DNA of 64,000 nucleotides from Candidatus Stercoripulliclostridium sp. (GTDB lineage Bacteria > Bacillota > Clostridia > Christensenellales > DTU072): NCBI GenBank assembly GCA_045577735.1, contig JAZNIY010000013.1, forward strand, positions 26,702-90,701, read 5' to 3'. Position numbers and translations under genes: made by a program. Shown piece by piece: positions 8,401 through 17,600 of this stretch; positions within the stretch are counted from its first letter, which is position 1, and each line of letters opens with the position of its first letter. The notes beneath the pieces were generated by a model. That model did not search any database. It saw nothing but the letters and a program-made list of their open reading frames with translations, and was not told where the DNA came from.

Positions 8401-11400
8401 GGCTCAGGGCTGGATAGGTTTAACTACCCGAGTAACGTTTGAAATAATCAACGAAGGTGGGTCTGCACTTCTTAATCCTACCGGTGTAGATGATCTTGGC
8501 AACCCCATCAACGTATCCTCTGTTGGAGATGGCAAATATATGATTGAAATTAGCGATTCTAGAAACTATAGAATTATCGCTAAAGACGAAGCCGGTAACG
8601 TAAGTGAAATTTCCATTCAAGAGAAGATAGACGTTCAAAATCTCACCTATGATTTTGATGAAGAGAGCTATAAGGCCGAAAATTGGGCAAAATTAGGCTC
8701 AAAAGTAAAAATTATCGTTAATATGGGTGCAAGTGGTGCAAGACTACGTTGTTCCGTTGACGGTAGCGACTATCTCCCTGTAACCGAGTTTATAGGAATG
8801 GAAGTGGGTGCTGTTACCAAGAATTTTGCACTTGAGTATGAAATTCCATATTCCCCCACAACGAAAGAATATGCATTCCAAATAGAAACAGGAACGGGCG
8901 CAGTATATGACGTTGCGTTTGGCTCGGTTAAGTTCGATATTGAAGATCCCGTTTATGCGCTTATCACCGACTTAAGCGCATATCAAGGATCCAATTGGAC
9001 GCAAAACGTGATAAACGCACAATTTACCGTTGTTGATAATCTCGGAGTAGAAAATTCCGGCATTAATGCTGACGACGGCGTTACGGTAGACAATGGTGGC
9101 GTAGTTGCCTATTTGGGTGGCAACGTTTATGAACTCGTTATCGACAAATGTACCGAGTTCACTTTAACCATTAAGGATCGTGCAGGCAACACCATATATG
9201 CAATAATCCAAGCAAACGTAGATACCGTTACTCCCACGTTAGAGCTAAAAGCATACGTTGGTGGCGGTAATCCCGAAGACCTTTCAGAAGAACCTACGGA
9301 AGATGAAAATGCAAGTGCTAATTTGTATGATTTTAATAGCTGGATAACCCAAGCAAATAATGAACCTTGGGTAAGACTAGAGTTCACTATAAATCTTACG
9401 GCATCGGGTTCCAAACTTGAGTATTCCAATAATAATGGTACCACTTGGACGGCACTAACCTCCACCTTTATGCCGGAAGAGGGTAAGGTAACCGGTGAAG
9501 AATACGCACGCGCATATATTACCACCGAGCAAAACAGAAAATATATGTTCCGTTTGGCAACGGGTTCCGGTAAGTACGTGCTATACGAACACGAAACGTT
9601 AGAAGATTTGTATATTAAACTTGACTTTACCTCACCCACCATTCGTTCGGAAGCATTCAGAGTGGGTAGCGAAGCTAACTTTGACCTAAAGAACGTTTGG
9701 GTTAACCAAGACGGTCAATATAGAATTATGCTTCAAGACACCCTAACCGGCTCCGGCGTAGATGCTTCCAGCGTGCTACTCAAAGAATACGCACTTGACG
9801 TAATCGATGAAGATATCTTGAATGGTAGTGCCGTTGCCGTTGAGCAAGTCATGTCTAGATCGGGCGACTATTTCGTATTCAATATGACGGAAGCAAAGAA
9901 ATACCTACTTTGCTTTAACGATATTGCAGGTAACGTTTACGTAGGAGAGATTTTCGTTCCTCACATCGACAAGACCGAGGGATTTACCCTCTCGGTTGAA
10001 GCAACCAAGTATAACGAAAGTGGCGTAGGTACCGCCCTTGCCGACAATACTTGGCTAGACGTTAACGATTACGTAATTTTTGAAGGTGAACCTACCTTTA
10101 CTCAAGGAACGGGTTTTGGACCCAGTGGTGGCGAAATGCAATTCTCCATTGACAATGGTCTAACCTTCCAAAGTGCAAAGACCATAAATGGTGAATCTGT
10201 TCAAGTAAGTGTAAATGCCGAAGGCAAATATCAAATTAGGGTATCTGCAGAGCAAGTTTACAACTACAAATTCAGGCTCGTAACCGGCGCAGGCGTAGAA
10301 TACGTTTATGCCGACAGCTTTACCGTTCAAAAGGACAGCGTAGATCCCACGATTAGCAGTACGCTAGCATATCAAGACGGTGGAGAGTACAATGGCGATT
10401 GGACCAACAAGAACTTGCGTTTTACCATTAATATTATGGTTGGCGCATCCGGTGGTGAGCTATATTATGGCAAGGGTAGCAGTAAGGAAAGTGCTACTTG
10501 GACACACCTAATAGACCTACCCAAGAACGTTGCACAAGCAAGAGCATACTATTACGTTTTGGACAGTTCAACACAAGGTAATTACTACTTTAAAGTAGTA
10601 AGTGGACGTCCCGATATCACCGTTGAAGATGCTGGCGAGCACGCGGTTAAACTAGACAACACTCCCATTGAGGTTCAAACGAAGGCAGCTAAGCTGTTGA
10701 CTGCTTCAAGCGTAGCAAGTGGTAGTTGGGTAGAAAGCACAACTAACCTTTATCCTAACGTTACAACGATAGGCGATAGTGATATTGCAAACGTATACGT
10801 TAAGAAAGACGAGGGTGCTGGCTACGGCGAATATGAAGTAGTTAACACCATCGATTATATCTTGAAGATTAATGAAAACACCTCCGGCTTGGTTGGCTAC
10901 GTATTCAAAGTGGTATCGGTAAGTGGAATGGAAGCAGAAACCGAGGAGTTTAGAATTGGCTTCGATAACGTTGCGCCCGAATTCAACTATAACGTTGAAG
11001 GTAGTAAACTTCCCATGGGTAACCTCTACGAAGACTGGTACATTAGTGAGGTTTCCATCTCGGTAGCCCTAACAAAGCAAATAGTATCCTCTTATGGTAT
11101 CTATTACGCATATAGAGAAAACGAAGACGGTGCAGAATATTCCGAATGGGCATCGGTAGAAAATCTCTTCGTGCTTAACGATAACGCAGTTAAGGGTGGA
11201 CTAGATCGTTACTACAAGATTAAGGTTGTATCCGGAAGTGGAATGTTAGTGGAAACGGATGAACTCTACATCCCCATCGACACCTTCAAATACACCGTTA
11301 AGGTAAACCAATACGTAGGCGACAAAGCAAGTAGTGAAGACTATACTTATGCCGACGTATTAGGTGAGGGCGAATACAATAGAGGAAGCAGTTTGATGGT

Positions 11401-14400
11401 TTCCGTAACACCTCACGCAACCTATACCACTAAAGCAATTAAGGAACTGCTCGATAGTGAAGAGAACTCACTCGTTGATGATATTGCTTATGAAGAAAGC
11501 AGTTCTCAAACGTACAGCTTTAACTACATTATAGGCGCAAACAACGTTACGATAGACGTTAACTTCTATAAAGAAGTTATCGTTGAGTATGGTATGGCTC
11601 TTGTAGGCGACGTTGAAGAAGATTATAGCGTACTATTGCGTCAATGCTTGCAATCGGGAGAAGTTCAAGACGTTCCCGTTAAGGCGGAGGAAGAGGGCTT
11701 TGACGCGTTCTTTGGCGACTTCCTAGACATCATTGAAAAATCATACAAGAAAGGCGATGCCGTGTTTGCTAGAGCAAGGGATATTCACGAGCTGGGCGAA
11801 TATGAGATTATCGTAAACAGCTTGGACGAAAACTTCGTTATTATGAATACTAGCGCAGAGTTAGTAATCGTATACTTTGAAAACGAAGGCACCATATTGG
11901 ATCCATACCTTGTTCATAACGAACAAGACTTCTACTACGTTGACGAATATATGCACTACGAACCCAGCTATGAAAGCGTGGATGAAAGGGCATACCTAGG
12001 AGCAAATAGAAGAAAGGCATACTTTAAGCAAACTGGCGACGTTATCCTTGACGCATTGTTTACTCCAAACGGCGACAAGGGAGATGGTTACACCAACGAA
12101 TTTATGGGTACTTATGATGGTAATGGATATGAAATCATATACGATGGTACCTTTGGAGCAAGAGGTGACTTTGGTTTGTTCTTGAACGTAAGCAACGGAG
12201 CATCCATAATCAACCTTGGTGCAAGATATAGCATTCGTTTGGATGGCGTGGAAAATGCAAACGTAGGATTAATCGTTGCAAACGTAACGACGGGTGGCTT
12301 AAAGAACGTTTATGCTATTGGTAATATTTACGTTAATGGTAGCAAGAACGTTAACGTTGGTGGTGTGGTTGGTATTCTCACCGAAGGAAGCTTAATTTCC
12401 TTCTCGTTTGCCGACGTGGACATATCGGTTGCTACTGTTGCAAATGAAAAAGCAAGTGGTAATTTTGGTGGTATGGTAGGTTATGCTAGCAAGGCATACA
12501 CTGCAAACGTATACACCATTTCAAGAATTACACTAAATGACGTTGATACTTATGACGTTCTTGCCTCTTCGGGTACCGATTTTGCTTATGCAGGTGCCGT
12601 ATTAGGTTACATAGAGAACCTTGACGTTGCCGGTTCTTTACCTACCGATGCCAATAAGAGCTACTATCTTGACAACAACGTAAGTTTTGACGGCTCTATA
12701 GAAAGAGGGTTATCTCTTGGTAACCAAGGAACCTTTGGTCAATATAATCTATTAAAACACGAAGGCGCAAACGTTGACTTCTTTGCCGGTTCTGACGGAT
12801 ATACCGGAAGTAGCGTAAAGATTATTGATCTTGACCATAAGACAACAACCGTTAAAGAACTTGTTAACGTAAGAATTGAAAAAGAAAAAGAAAAGGCCGA
12901 TATGGAAGGTAACGGCACGACCGATAACCCCTTCTTAATCGACACTCAAGAAAAATTAAGATACATCGAAATTTTCCCGTGGGCAGTATTCAAGCAAACT
13001 GCAGACATCATGCTCAGCGAGGGCGTAACCTTTGCAACGGCTGTTCCCTTCGTAGGCGTATACGATGGTGATAACTACTCCATTACCGGGGCTATGGTTG
13101 ACAGTGACGTTGCAACGTATGGCGGTATTTTTGGCGTAGTAAGCGGTACTATTTGCAACCTAAAGGTAATAGACGTTAGCTTGAAGTATGGTGGTGAAAA
13201 CGAAGTTTATGCAGGTGGCGTAATTGGCCTACTAGAAGGTGGCACGTTACAAAACGTAATCGTAACAGGTACTTTGGAAGTTGACAGTAATGCAGACGTA
13301 GTTTACGTTGGTGGACTTGTAGGTGCAATGGTTGGAGGCAGAATAGAAAACTCCATTAGCATGATTAACATCGTAGTAAAGGGTGTAAACGTAATAGTGG
13401 GTGGCGTTGTTGCACAAGCACAAGGTGGCGTTACCATACAAAACGTAGTAAACCTTTCCGCAATGAGTGCTCATTACGAAAAGAAAGCTAACGTAGGCTC
13501 CTCTTTGGGTGCCGTAACTAACGAAGAAGCACAACTAATTAACGTATATCATTTGCTACAAAACGCATACGCAAACGATAAGAGTCTTGCAAGTGCAATA
13601 GGATACAATGCAAGCACAAACGTTAGAGAGGTTGTTGCCAAGACCTACCAAGGAATAATGGAAACCAGCATAGCTTTAGGTAACGTTCAAGAAGTTGTTG
13701 GTGCTCTCTATCCCTTTGAAGGTGCCGGCACAAAACAAGATCCATTCCAAATTGATAGTTATGCTAAGTTAGAGCTTGTTGGTAACTATATGTACGCAAA
13801 CTTTGTTCTAACCGACAACGTTATTATTGGTGACTGGAACGATGACGGCAAACTAGACTCCAACGATGGCTACGATTATGACTTCGAAGTTATAGGTAGG
13901 GGCGCAACCTTTACCGGTTCTCTTGACGGCGACGGATACTCCATACTGGGACTAAGCGACAGCTTGTTTGCAGTAAACGCAGGTGCCGTAAGTGACTTAA
14001 CCCTAAACCTTGACTATAAGGTATACGCAAAGGCAAGTGATATTCCCGCTTCCGACAAGGTATTCGATGCCGACAACGGCGTAGAATATACCTCTTCTAA
14101 AGTGGCGAAAGAGGGCGAAGATATAGTATTTGGCGCACTTGCAAGAGTAAATACCGCAACGGGTAGCTTAATACGTGTAACCGTAACCGGAAACATCTAT
14201 ATACGCACCAAGGGTAATACCAAGGTAACGCTAGGTGGATTTGTAGGAATAGATATGGGTGGACAAATAGTTGCTTCCCAAATCACGGCAAACGTTTCCG
14301 TACGAGCAAGCCAAATGTTGGTAGGTGGCGTTGTCGGTGAAATTACGTACAGCGATCGCGTACTAAATCAAATTACCACAAACTACGTATTGATTAACGA

Positions 14401-14557
14401 AGGTATCAACCTTGGTGGCGGTACCATAATAGCAGGTTCATTTATCGGTAGACTAGGTGTTGAAACATCATTTGAACCCGATTATGCAACCAGCACTCCC
14501 ATTATAATTGACGGCGAATCCTTAGGAAACGCCTGTTACGTAGGTTTAGCAAAATAA
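5486..14557 (+). CDS. Giant secreted surface protein 1 (3023 aa): signal peptide, head region, InlB-B-repeat-like elements, ~10 large Ig-like modules, three C-terminal GLUG/beta-helix-type segments
   Basis: Start moved to ATG 5486, giving MMPVKKINFNKLTKMVFALLIALSVGLCLAFTSLGADGVALA/AND, a signal peptide with an ALA-type cleavage site. YYFLGWKN and YFFIGWRI are InlB-B-repeat-like. Modules are delimited by D-x-(T/V)-x-P linkers (IDTVVPSL, IDKTAPSF, VDTVTPTL, DFTSPTI, DSVDPTI, DNTPIEV, DNVAPEF), each with a YS.DNG.TW-like strand. The C-terminal third carries FMGTYDGNGYEI, FVGVYDGDNYSI, FTGSLDGDGYSI and many GG(V/L)VG repeats. No C-terminal TM and no LPXTG. Confidence 0.85.
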   Translation: MMPVKKINFNKLTKMVFALLIALSVGLCLAFTSLGADGVALAANDSTGSGAVDVTLSNFAEKLDTGASITLKATAQEKTFAPDPAIATSEATERAVITLSGDLWRAVQSGRITATLLASGTNAYETVSGTAGTKDAGFTVTGAMVGSGKFSTQNTTYTDRIIAPETLLNAENGNEIIIEYYATHTAFDSKTTLGENLSEAKVDCVMNFTLKLSFEEVKVTINSSNGGSVKDSNDNVLDLTAGAKEISLGFGDSISFTALPNDAYYFLGWKNVNTTEANVPGMTLDLGKAVDVPSGESPSYSAQFQYITMAKQDEYIYTGSPVGPVVRSTAYTGVYYLTHSYTGTTISGETINFKSEGLQEIVSAPIRAGSFNYTCEFYYRVGTGEGITKGERIGGVSVDFEVKKNTPIVVRGEDNASTITLNFGDNLSDLDLSYEATNSVDTLVRLSGVLEVYLGEEKISLDKLLPLSNEGTDYTLRFTPSDSNNYNVVDSALKIFVKDSIGGEGTNIEEGNRDYVITKSIATASDVDNGVQNNFASLTLPDGGELIKVSLRATMLDESGQYFFIGWRIGLSRDGSFTANSYDYTYLNSGKVNRDANGDVVSIDGLSYDYYLPHHSKVSAEEKAKYTHAKFQAVFVKDTTCGSAAATLTIPYSGSRTYTTPTFSPQRAYYSFGYGQLTYYHASNPETGVEDIPYAIGEHLLKYDIINHAVDDTIVDTRVIAYNVTIGTLVAEIDEYNSIINGGYDRTTGWARQMYYNLSVENLLSKGAEAYYYSSDNGENWTKIEGVIEEASGCKLAFVTPEVVNDTQVRSYIFIATHETNGLPMTLGENTYKVVAGVASHTLVKIDTVVPSLSNVVETSGLNGAWTKLPVSFSALASFGGSGAVIDVCYQNNSSNFVKLDSNISLSDGTDEIKHNDVQVNFSINTQYSGNVKIRIRTGSGLTYEVNTLYPINIDKTAPSFGTPEKNHVASTAQGWIGLTTRVTFEIINEGGSALLNPTGVDDLGNPINVSSVGDGKYMIEISDSRNYRIIAKDEAGNVSEISIQEKIDVQNLTYDFDEESYKAENWAKLGSKVKIIVNMGASGARLRCSVDGSDYLPVTEFIGMEVGAVTKNFALEYEIPYSPTTKEYAFQIETGTGAVYDVAFGSVKFDIEDPVYALITDLSAYQGSNWTQNVINAQFTVVDNLGVENSGINADDGVTVDNGGVVAYLGGNVYELVIDKCTEFTLTIKDRAGNTIYAIIQANVDTVTPTLELKAYVGGGNPEDLSEEPTEDENASANLYDFNSWITQANNEPWVRLEFTINLTASGSKLEYSNNNGTTWTALTSTFMPEEGKVTGEEYARAYITTEQNRKYMFRLATGSGKYVLYEHETLEDLYIKLDFTSPTIRSEAFRVGSEANFDLKNVWVNQDGQYRIMLQDTLTGSGVDASSVLLKEYALDVIDEDILNGSAVAVEQVMSRSGDYFVFNMTEAKKYLLCFNDIAGNVYVGEIFVPHIDKTEGFTLSVEATKYNESGVGTALADNTWLDVNDYVIFEGEPTFTQGTGFGPSGGEMQFSIDNGLTFQSAKTINGESVQVSVNAEGKYQIRVSAEQVYNYKFRLVTGAGVEYVYADSFTVQKDSVDPTISSTLAYQDGGEYNGDWTNKNLRFTINIMVGASGGELYYGKGSSKESATWTHLIDLPKNVAQARAYYYVLDSSTQGNYYFKVVSGRPDITVEDAGEHAVKLDNTPIEVQTKAAKLLTASSVASGSWVESTTNLYPNVTTIGDSDIANVYVKKDEGAGYGEYEVVNTIDYILKINENTSGLVGYVFKVVSVSGMEAETEEFRIGFDNVAPEFNYNVEGSKLPMGNLYEDWYISEVSISVALTKQIVSSYGIYYAYRENEDGAEYSEWASVENLFVLNDNAVKGGLDRYYKIKVVSGSGMLVETDELYIPIDTFKYTVKVNQYVGDKASSEDYTYADVLGEGEYNRGSSLMVSVTPHATYTTKAIKELLDSEENSLVDDIAYEESSSQTYSFNYIIGANNVTIDVNFYKEVIVEYGMALVGDVEEDYSVLLRQCLQSGEVQDVPVKAEEEGFDAFFGDFLDIIEKSYKKGDAVFARARDIHELGEYEIIVNSLDENFVIMNTSAELVIVYFENEGTILDPYLVHNEQDFYYVDEYMHYEPSYESVDERAYLGANRRKAYFKQTGDVILDALFTPNGDKGDGYTNEFMGTYDGNGYEIIYDGTFGARGDFGLFLNVSNGASIINLGARYSIRLDGVENANVGLIVANVTTGGLKNVYAIGNIYVNGSKNVNVGGVVGILTEGSLISFSFADVDISVATVANEKASGNFGGMVGYASKAYTANVYTISRITLNDVDTYDVLASSGTDFAYAGAVLGYIENLDVAGSLPTDANKSYYLDNNVSFDGSIERGLSLGNQGTFGQYNLLKHEGANVDFFAGSDGYTGSSVKIIDLDHKTTTVKELVNVRIEKEKEKADMEGNGTTDNPFLIDTQEKLRYIEIFPWAVFKQTADIMLSEGVTFATAVPFVGVYDGDNYSITGAMVDSDVATYGGIFGVVSGTICNLKVIDVSLKYGGENEVYAGGVIGLLEGGTLQNVIVTGTLEVDSNADVVYVGGLVGAMVGGRIENSISMINIVVKGVNVIVGGVVAQAQGGVTIQNVVNLSAMSAHYEKKANVGSSLGAVTNEEAQLINVYHLLQNAYANDKSLASAIGYNASTNVREVVAKTYQGIMETSIALGNVQEVVGALYPFEGAGTKQDPFQIDSYAKLELVGNYMYANFVLTDNVIIGDWNDDGKLDSNDGYDYDFEVIGRGATFTGSLDGDGYSILGLSDSLFAVNAGAVSDLTLNLDYKVYAKASDIPASDKVFDADNGVEYTSSKVAKEGEDIVFGALARVNTATGSLIRVTVTGNIYIRTKGNTKVTLGGFVGIDMGGQIVASQITANVSVRASQMLVGGVVGEITYSDRVLNQITTNYVLINEGINLGGGTIIAGSFIGRLGVETSFEPDYATSTPIIIDGESLGNACYVGLAK

Positions 14558-14637
14558 ACCGAAACATAAACGAGTAAGCGAAACACTCAAGAAAAACGAA
14601 TCGACTCAATTATTGCAAAGTCATAGAGAGGTAGAAT

Positions 14638-17600
14638 ATGAATAAGCAGTTTGAATTAATACCTATGGAAGTTAACGTTACTAACGAAGTGGCGACAAAG
14701 AAAAAATCGCCTATGCTAAAACTCCTAAAGTATGCATTAGTGGGGATAACGGCTTTCCTTGCCTTGGTTATCCTATTCGCCGTAGGGGCAGAAAAAATAA
14801 ACCCTGCGGTAGATACCATTATGCAAAAAATGGGCGTTGGCGAGCATATCGTAGTAGCGGAAACCTCTCCCGTTGCTTACGCTTGGACAAATCCTTCCAG
14901 TAATAGTACCACGGACAACACCCGTGTTGCCGATACCGGAAGTTATACCTGGAAAGTAGTGAACCGAAACAGCACGTTGCGTCCTACGACTGCCCACTCT
15001 GGTTGGAACTGGGGCTATCGTACGGAAAGTGGTGCCGGTAACTTTACTTTAGGTTCAGACGGTAGTATTTCATGTAATACTTCAAGTGCGTTTACCGTTC
15101 AAACTTTGTTCTACGTAGATATTTACGTTGACGAGCTTGCTCGTGCGGCAATAGCAAACGGGCAAATTACTACTTGTTCAGTTTCCCTACACGTATCGCA
15201 AGTAGGAACGGCAAATATTTACGACCGTGGCGACCTCTATGGTACCTTCTTCTTGTGTGGTTCGGCTAGTGGATCTACCAACGCCGCTTGTAACGACATG
15301 GGAAGCAATTCTTACCTTGCTACAGGTCGTGACAAATTTGACGACGATATGCAAGGTGGCCGTCACGACTATTCTTGTTCGATGAGTTTGACGCTAAATT
15401 CCAACATGAAAAAGATAAGATTTGGCATTTACTATCGCATGGTTATGACCGGTAGAACGGGTGTACAGATTGGTGGTGCAGAATGTTTTGCTCCTGCTCC
15501 TACCATTTCTTCTAACTTTACTACGGATACCTACAAGAATGGTACGATTCAATTTGCCGTAGCCGGTGACGCCGGTGGTGGAAATATCTACCCCGTAACG
15601 GCCGGTACCTTTGGTGTAAGCGTTACCGACGTTCTTAACACCGAATCTTGCGTAGCAGCATTTGACAGCTCTCACCTTTATGACGGAACGGTAATAGGCA
15701 ACGTTATTGCTAAGCCTGCAAAAGGATACTATTTCTCGGGGTGGCGAATAACGGGAGCCTCGCTGTGGAATAACCCGACGAAAACGCTGACGACACTGTC
15801 TCTGGCGGGGCCATACCTGAAGGCCAATACAACTACGACGGTAACGGCGTATTTTAGGAAAATACAGGTAACTGATGAAAATGGTTCTTGGAACTACCTA
15901 CAAGAACTAAATTCAGACGGTACTCTAAAACTCGATGCAAATGGTAAACCTACGGCAATAGGCCAAGGACCCGCTGTTGTAACGCCTAGCGCAAACTCGG
16001 ATACCGGAAGCAGTGTTTCCTTCACGATTACCGGTGGTATATATTCTTCTACCAACCCCACCTTTACGTCAACTGCCAAGATGTACCAATCAACCGATGG
16101 TGGCTCACATAATTCCAACTCCAAGCCCACTAATGCCGGTGCGTATAGGTTGATAGTAGGTATATTCGTGTCGGGAACGGAAACGGATTCTTCTAAAGTA
16201 CTGGGATACTATATTAAAGAAAGCTTTACTATAGGGGCCGTTAACGTTACCCATAAAGCAGGGGAGAATGAAGTAACGACGAGTTCGCCCATTCCATCGC
16301 GTGCGTACTCTAGTTATGCCTATACTCCAGTGCCCGATTACGTTGACGTAACTATTAACAGTAGACCTTATAGAATGTTTAATTCTACCGATTACACGAT
16401 TGGTAGCTATACTAACAACGTTAACGTTTCTCGTGACAGCGATGCTTACTTTACCTTTACGTCAAGAGGCAACTTCACGGGACAAAACGATGCATACTTC
16501 AAAATTACTCACCTTAACATCAACGAAGCAGGTTTCGTTTACGATGCTACAATGGCAGAAGAAATCCGTTTGAATTACAACGTTGTTTACACTGGTTTTG
16601 AACAACGTCCCGGAACGGGTTCGGGAAACAACTATGGCGTAATAGCTTTGCGTATTACAGGTAGGGTTCTAAAAAGTGGTAGCTTTACTAGTTATGACCC
16701 AAATAACGAAACCGAAATGAACGAAAGGACGACGTTAAAGACTTTCACCATTTATATTCAAACGCAGGACAACGCCAATGCTTACAACGATGGTTTGGCA
16801 AACAAGAGTTACTTTAAGTATAATGCTCAAGGCGAAAAGGGAGAGGCTTATGCTAGCATAAACCGTGCTACGGGAGAGCATAGTTACTTCTACGTTGTAG
16901 GTCAAGACGCTGGCACGATTGACGCAACCAAAATATACAAAAATAATATTGATATTTGTACCTATGGAACAAGTGCAAACTGTGCTTCCTTTGACGTTTC
17001 ACTCGTGGAAGGTACGAGTAACATGACGGGTAGCTTAACCGCCTACTTTAATATTGGTGCACTTGACCTAAGTACGATAAATGCAGAAAACATAGTAGTA
17101 ACCCCTCAAACTCAAACTCACGTATATACTTCTGACGGAATAACCCCCGTACCCAACCTAGTACAAATTACCGTAAGTGGACTATATCCCTACCTATACA
17201 ATAGTAATACCGGTAGATATTCCAACGCCTCCAGCCTACCTATTACATATAGTTTCGCGCGCACGAATGCGTTAGGCGCGGGCGACGATTATGGTAGCGT
17301 TAGTTATGGCGACATCGATGCTTCTAAAACCGGTACGAGTGGCGCTGGACAAACCTTCTCTACTTGGAATGCTTACTTTGGTGGAACCAGACCGGATGAC
17401 TACGGTTATGCTAATAACGTTAACGCATCTTCCGAGGCACAAATTACCGTAGAACTTTCTGGTGGAGGTAATATTGAAGGTACTATTATCACGTCATTTA
17501 CTATTACCCCCAGACCTCTTAACGAAAAGGCAACAGGTTTTGGTTCAAGTAGCACCCAAACGGTAGGTCAAATTGCTCAAACCGGTTCAAACAACGTTGT

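Noticed and set aside
9127-9642. Antisense and out-of-frame ORFs of 60-195 aa inside the giant genes. Examples are 9127-9642(-), 18214-18648(-), 20746-21132(-), 23851-24438(-), 27065-27490(-), 35072-35494(-) and 32415-32612(+).
   Set aside because: They lie entirely within long, motif-rich ORFs on the other strand or frame. They have low-complexity or odd composition (Cys/Val/Tyr/Asn-rich or Pro-rich) and no RBS. They are typical shadow ORFs of repetitive coding sequence.
13500-14557. Polymorphic-toxin or enzymatic effector domain at the C-terminal tips of the giant proteins.
   Set aside because: The C-termini are beta-helix-like repeats (giant 1) or repeats followed by a TM anchor (giants 2 and 3). 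I saw no pre-toxin motifs, no nuclease or deaminase signatures and no adjacent small immunity-like genes.
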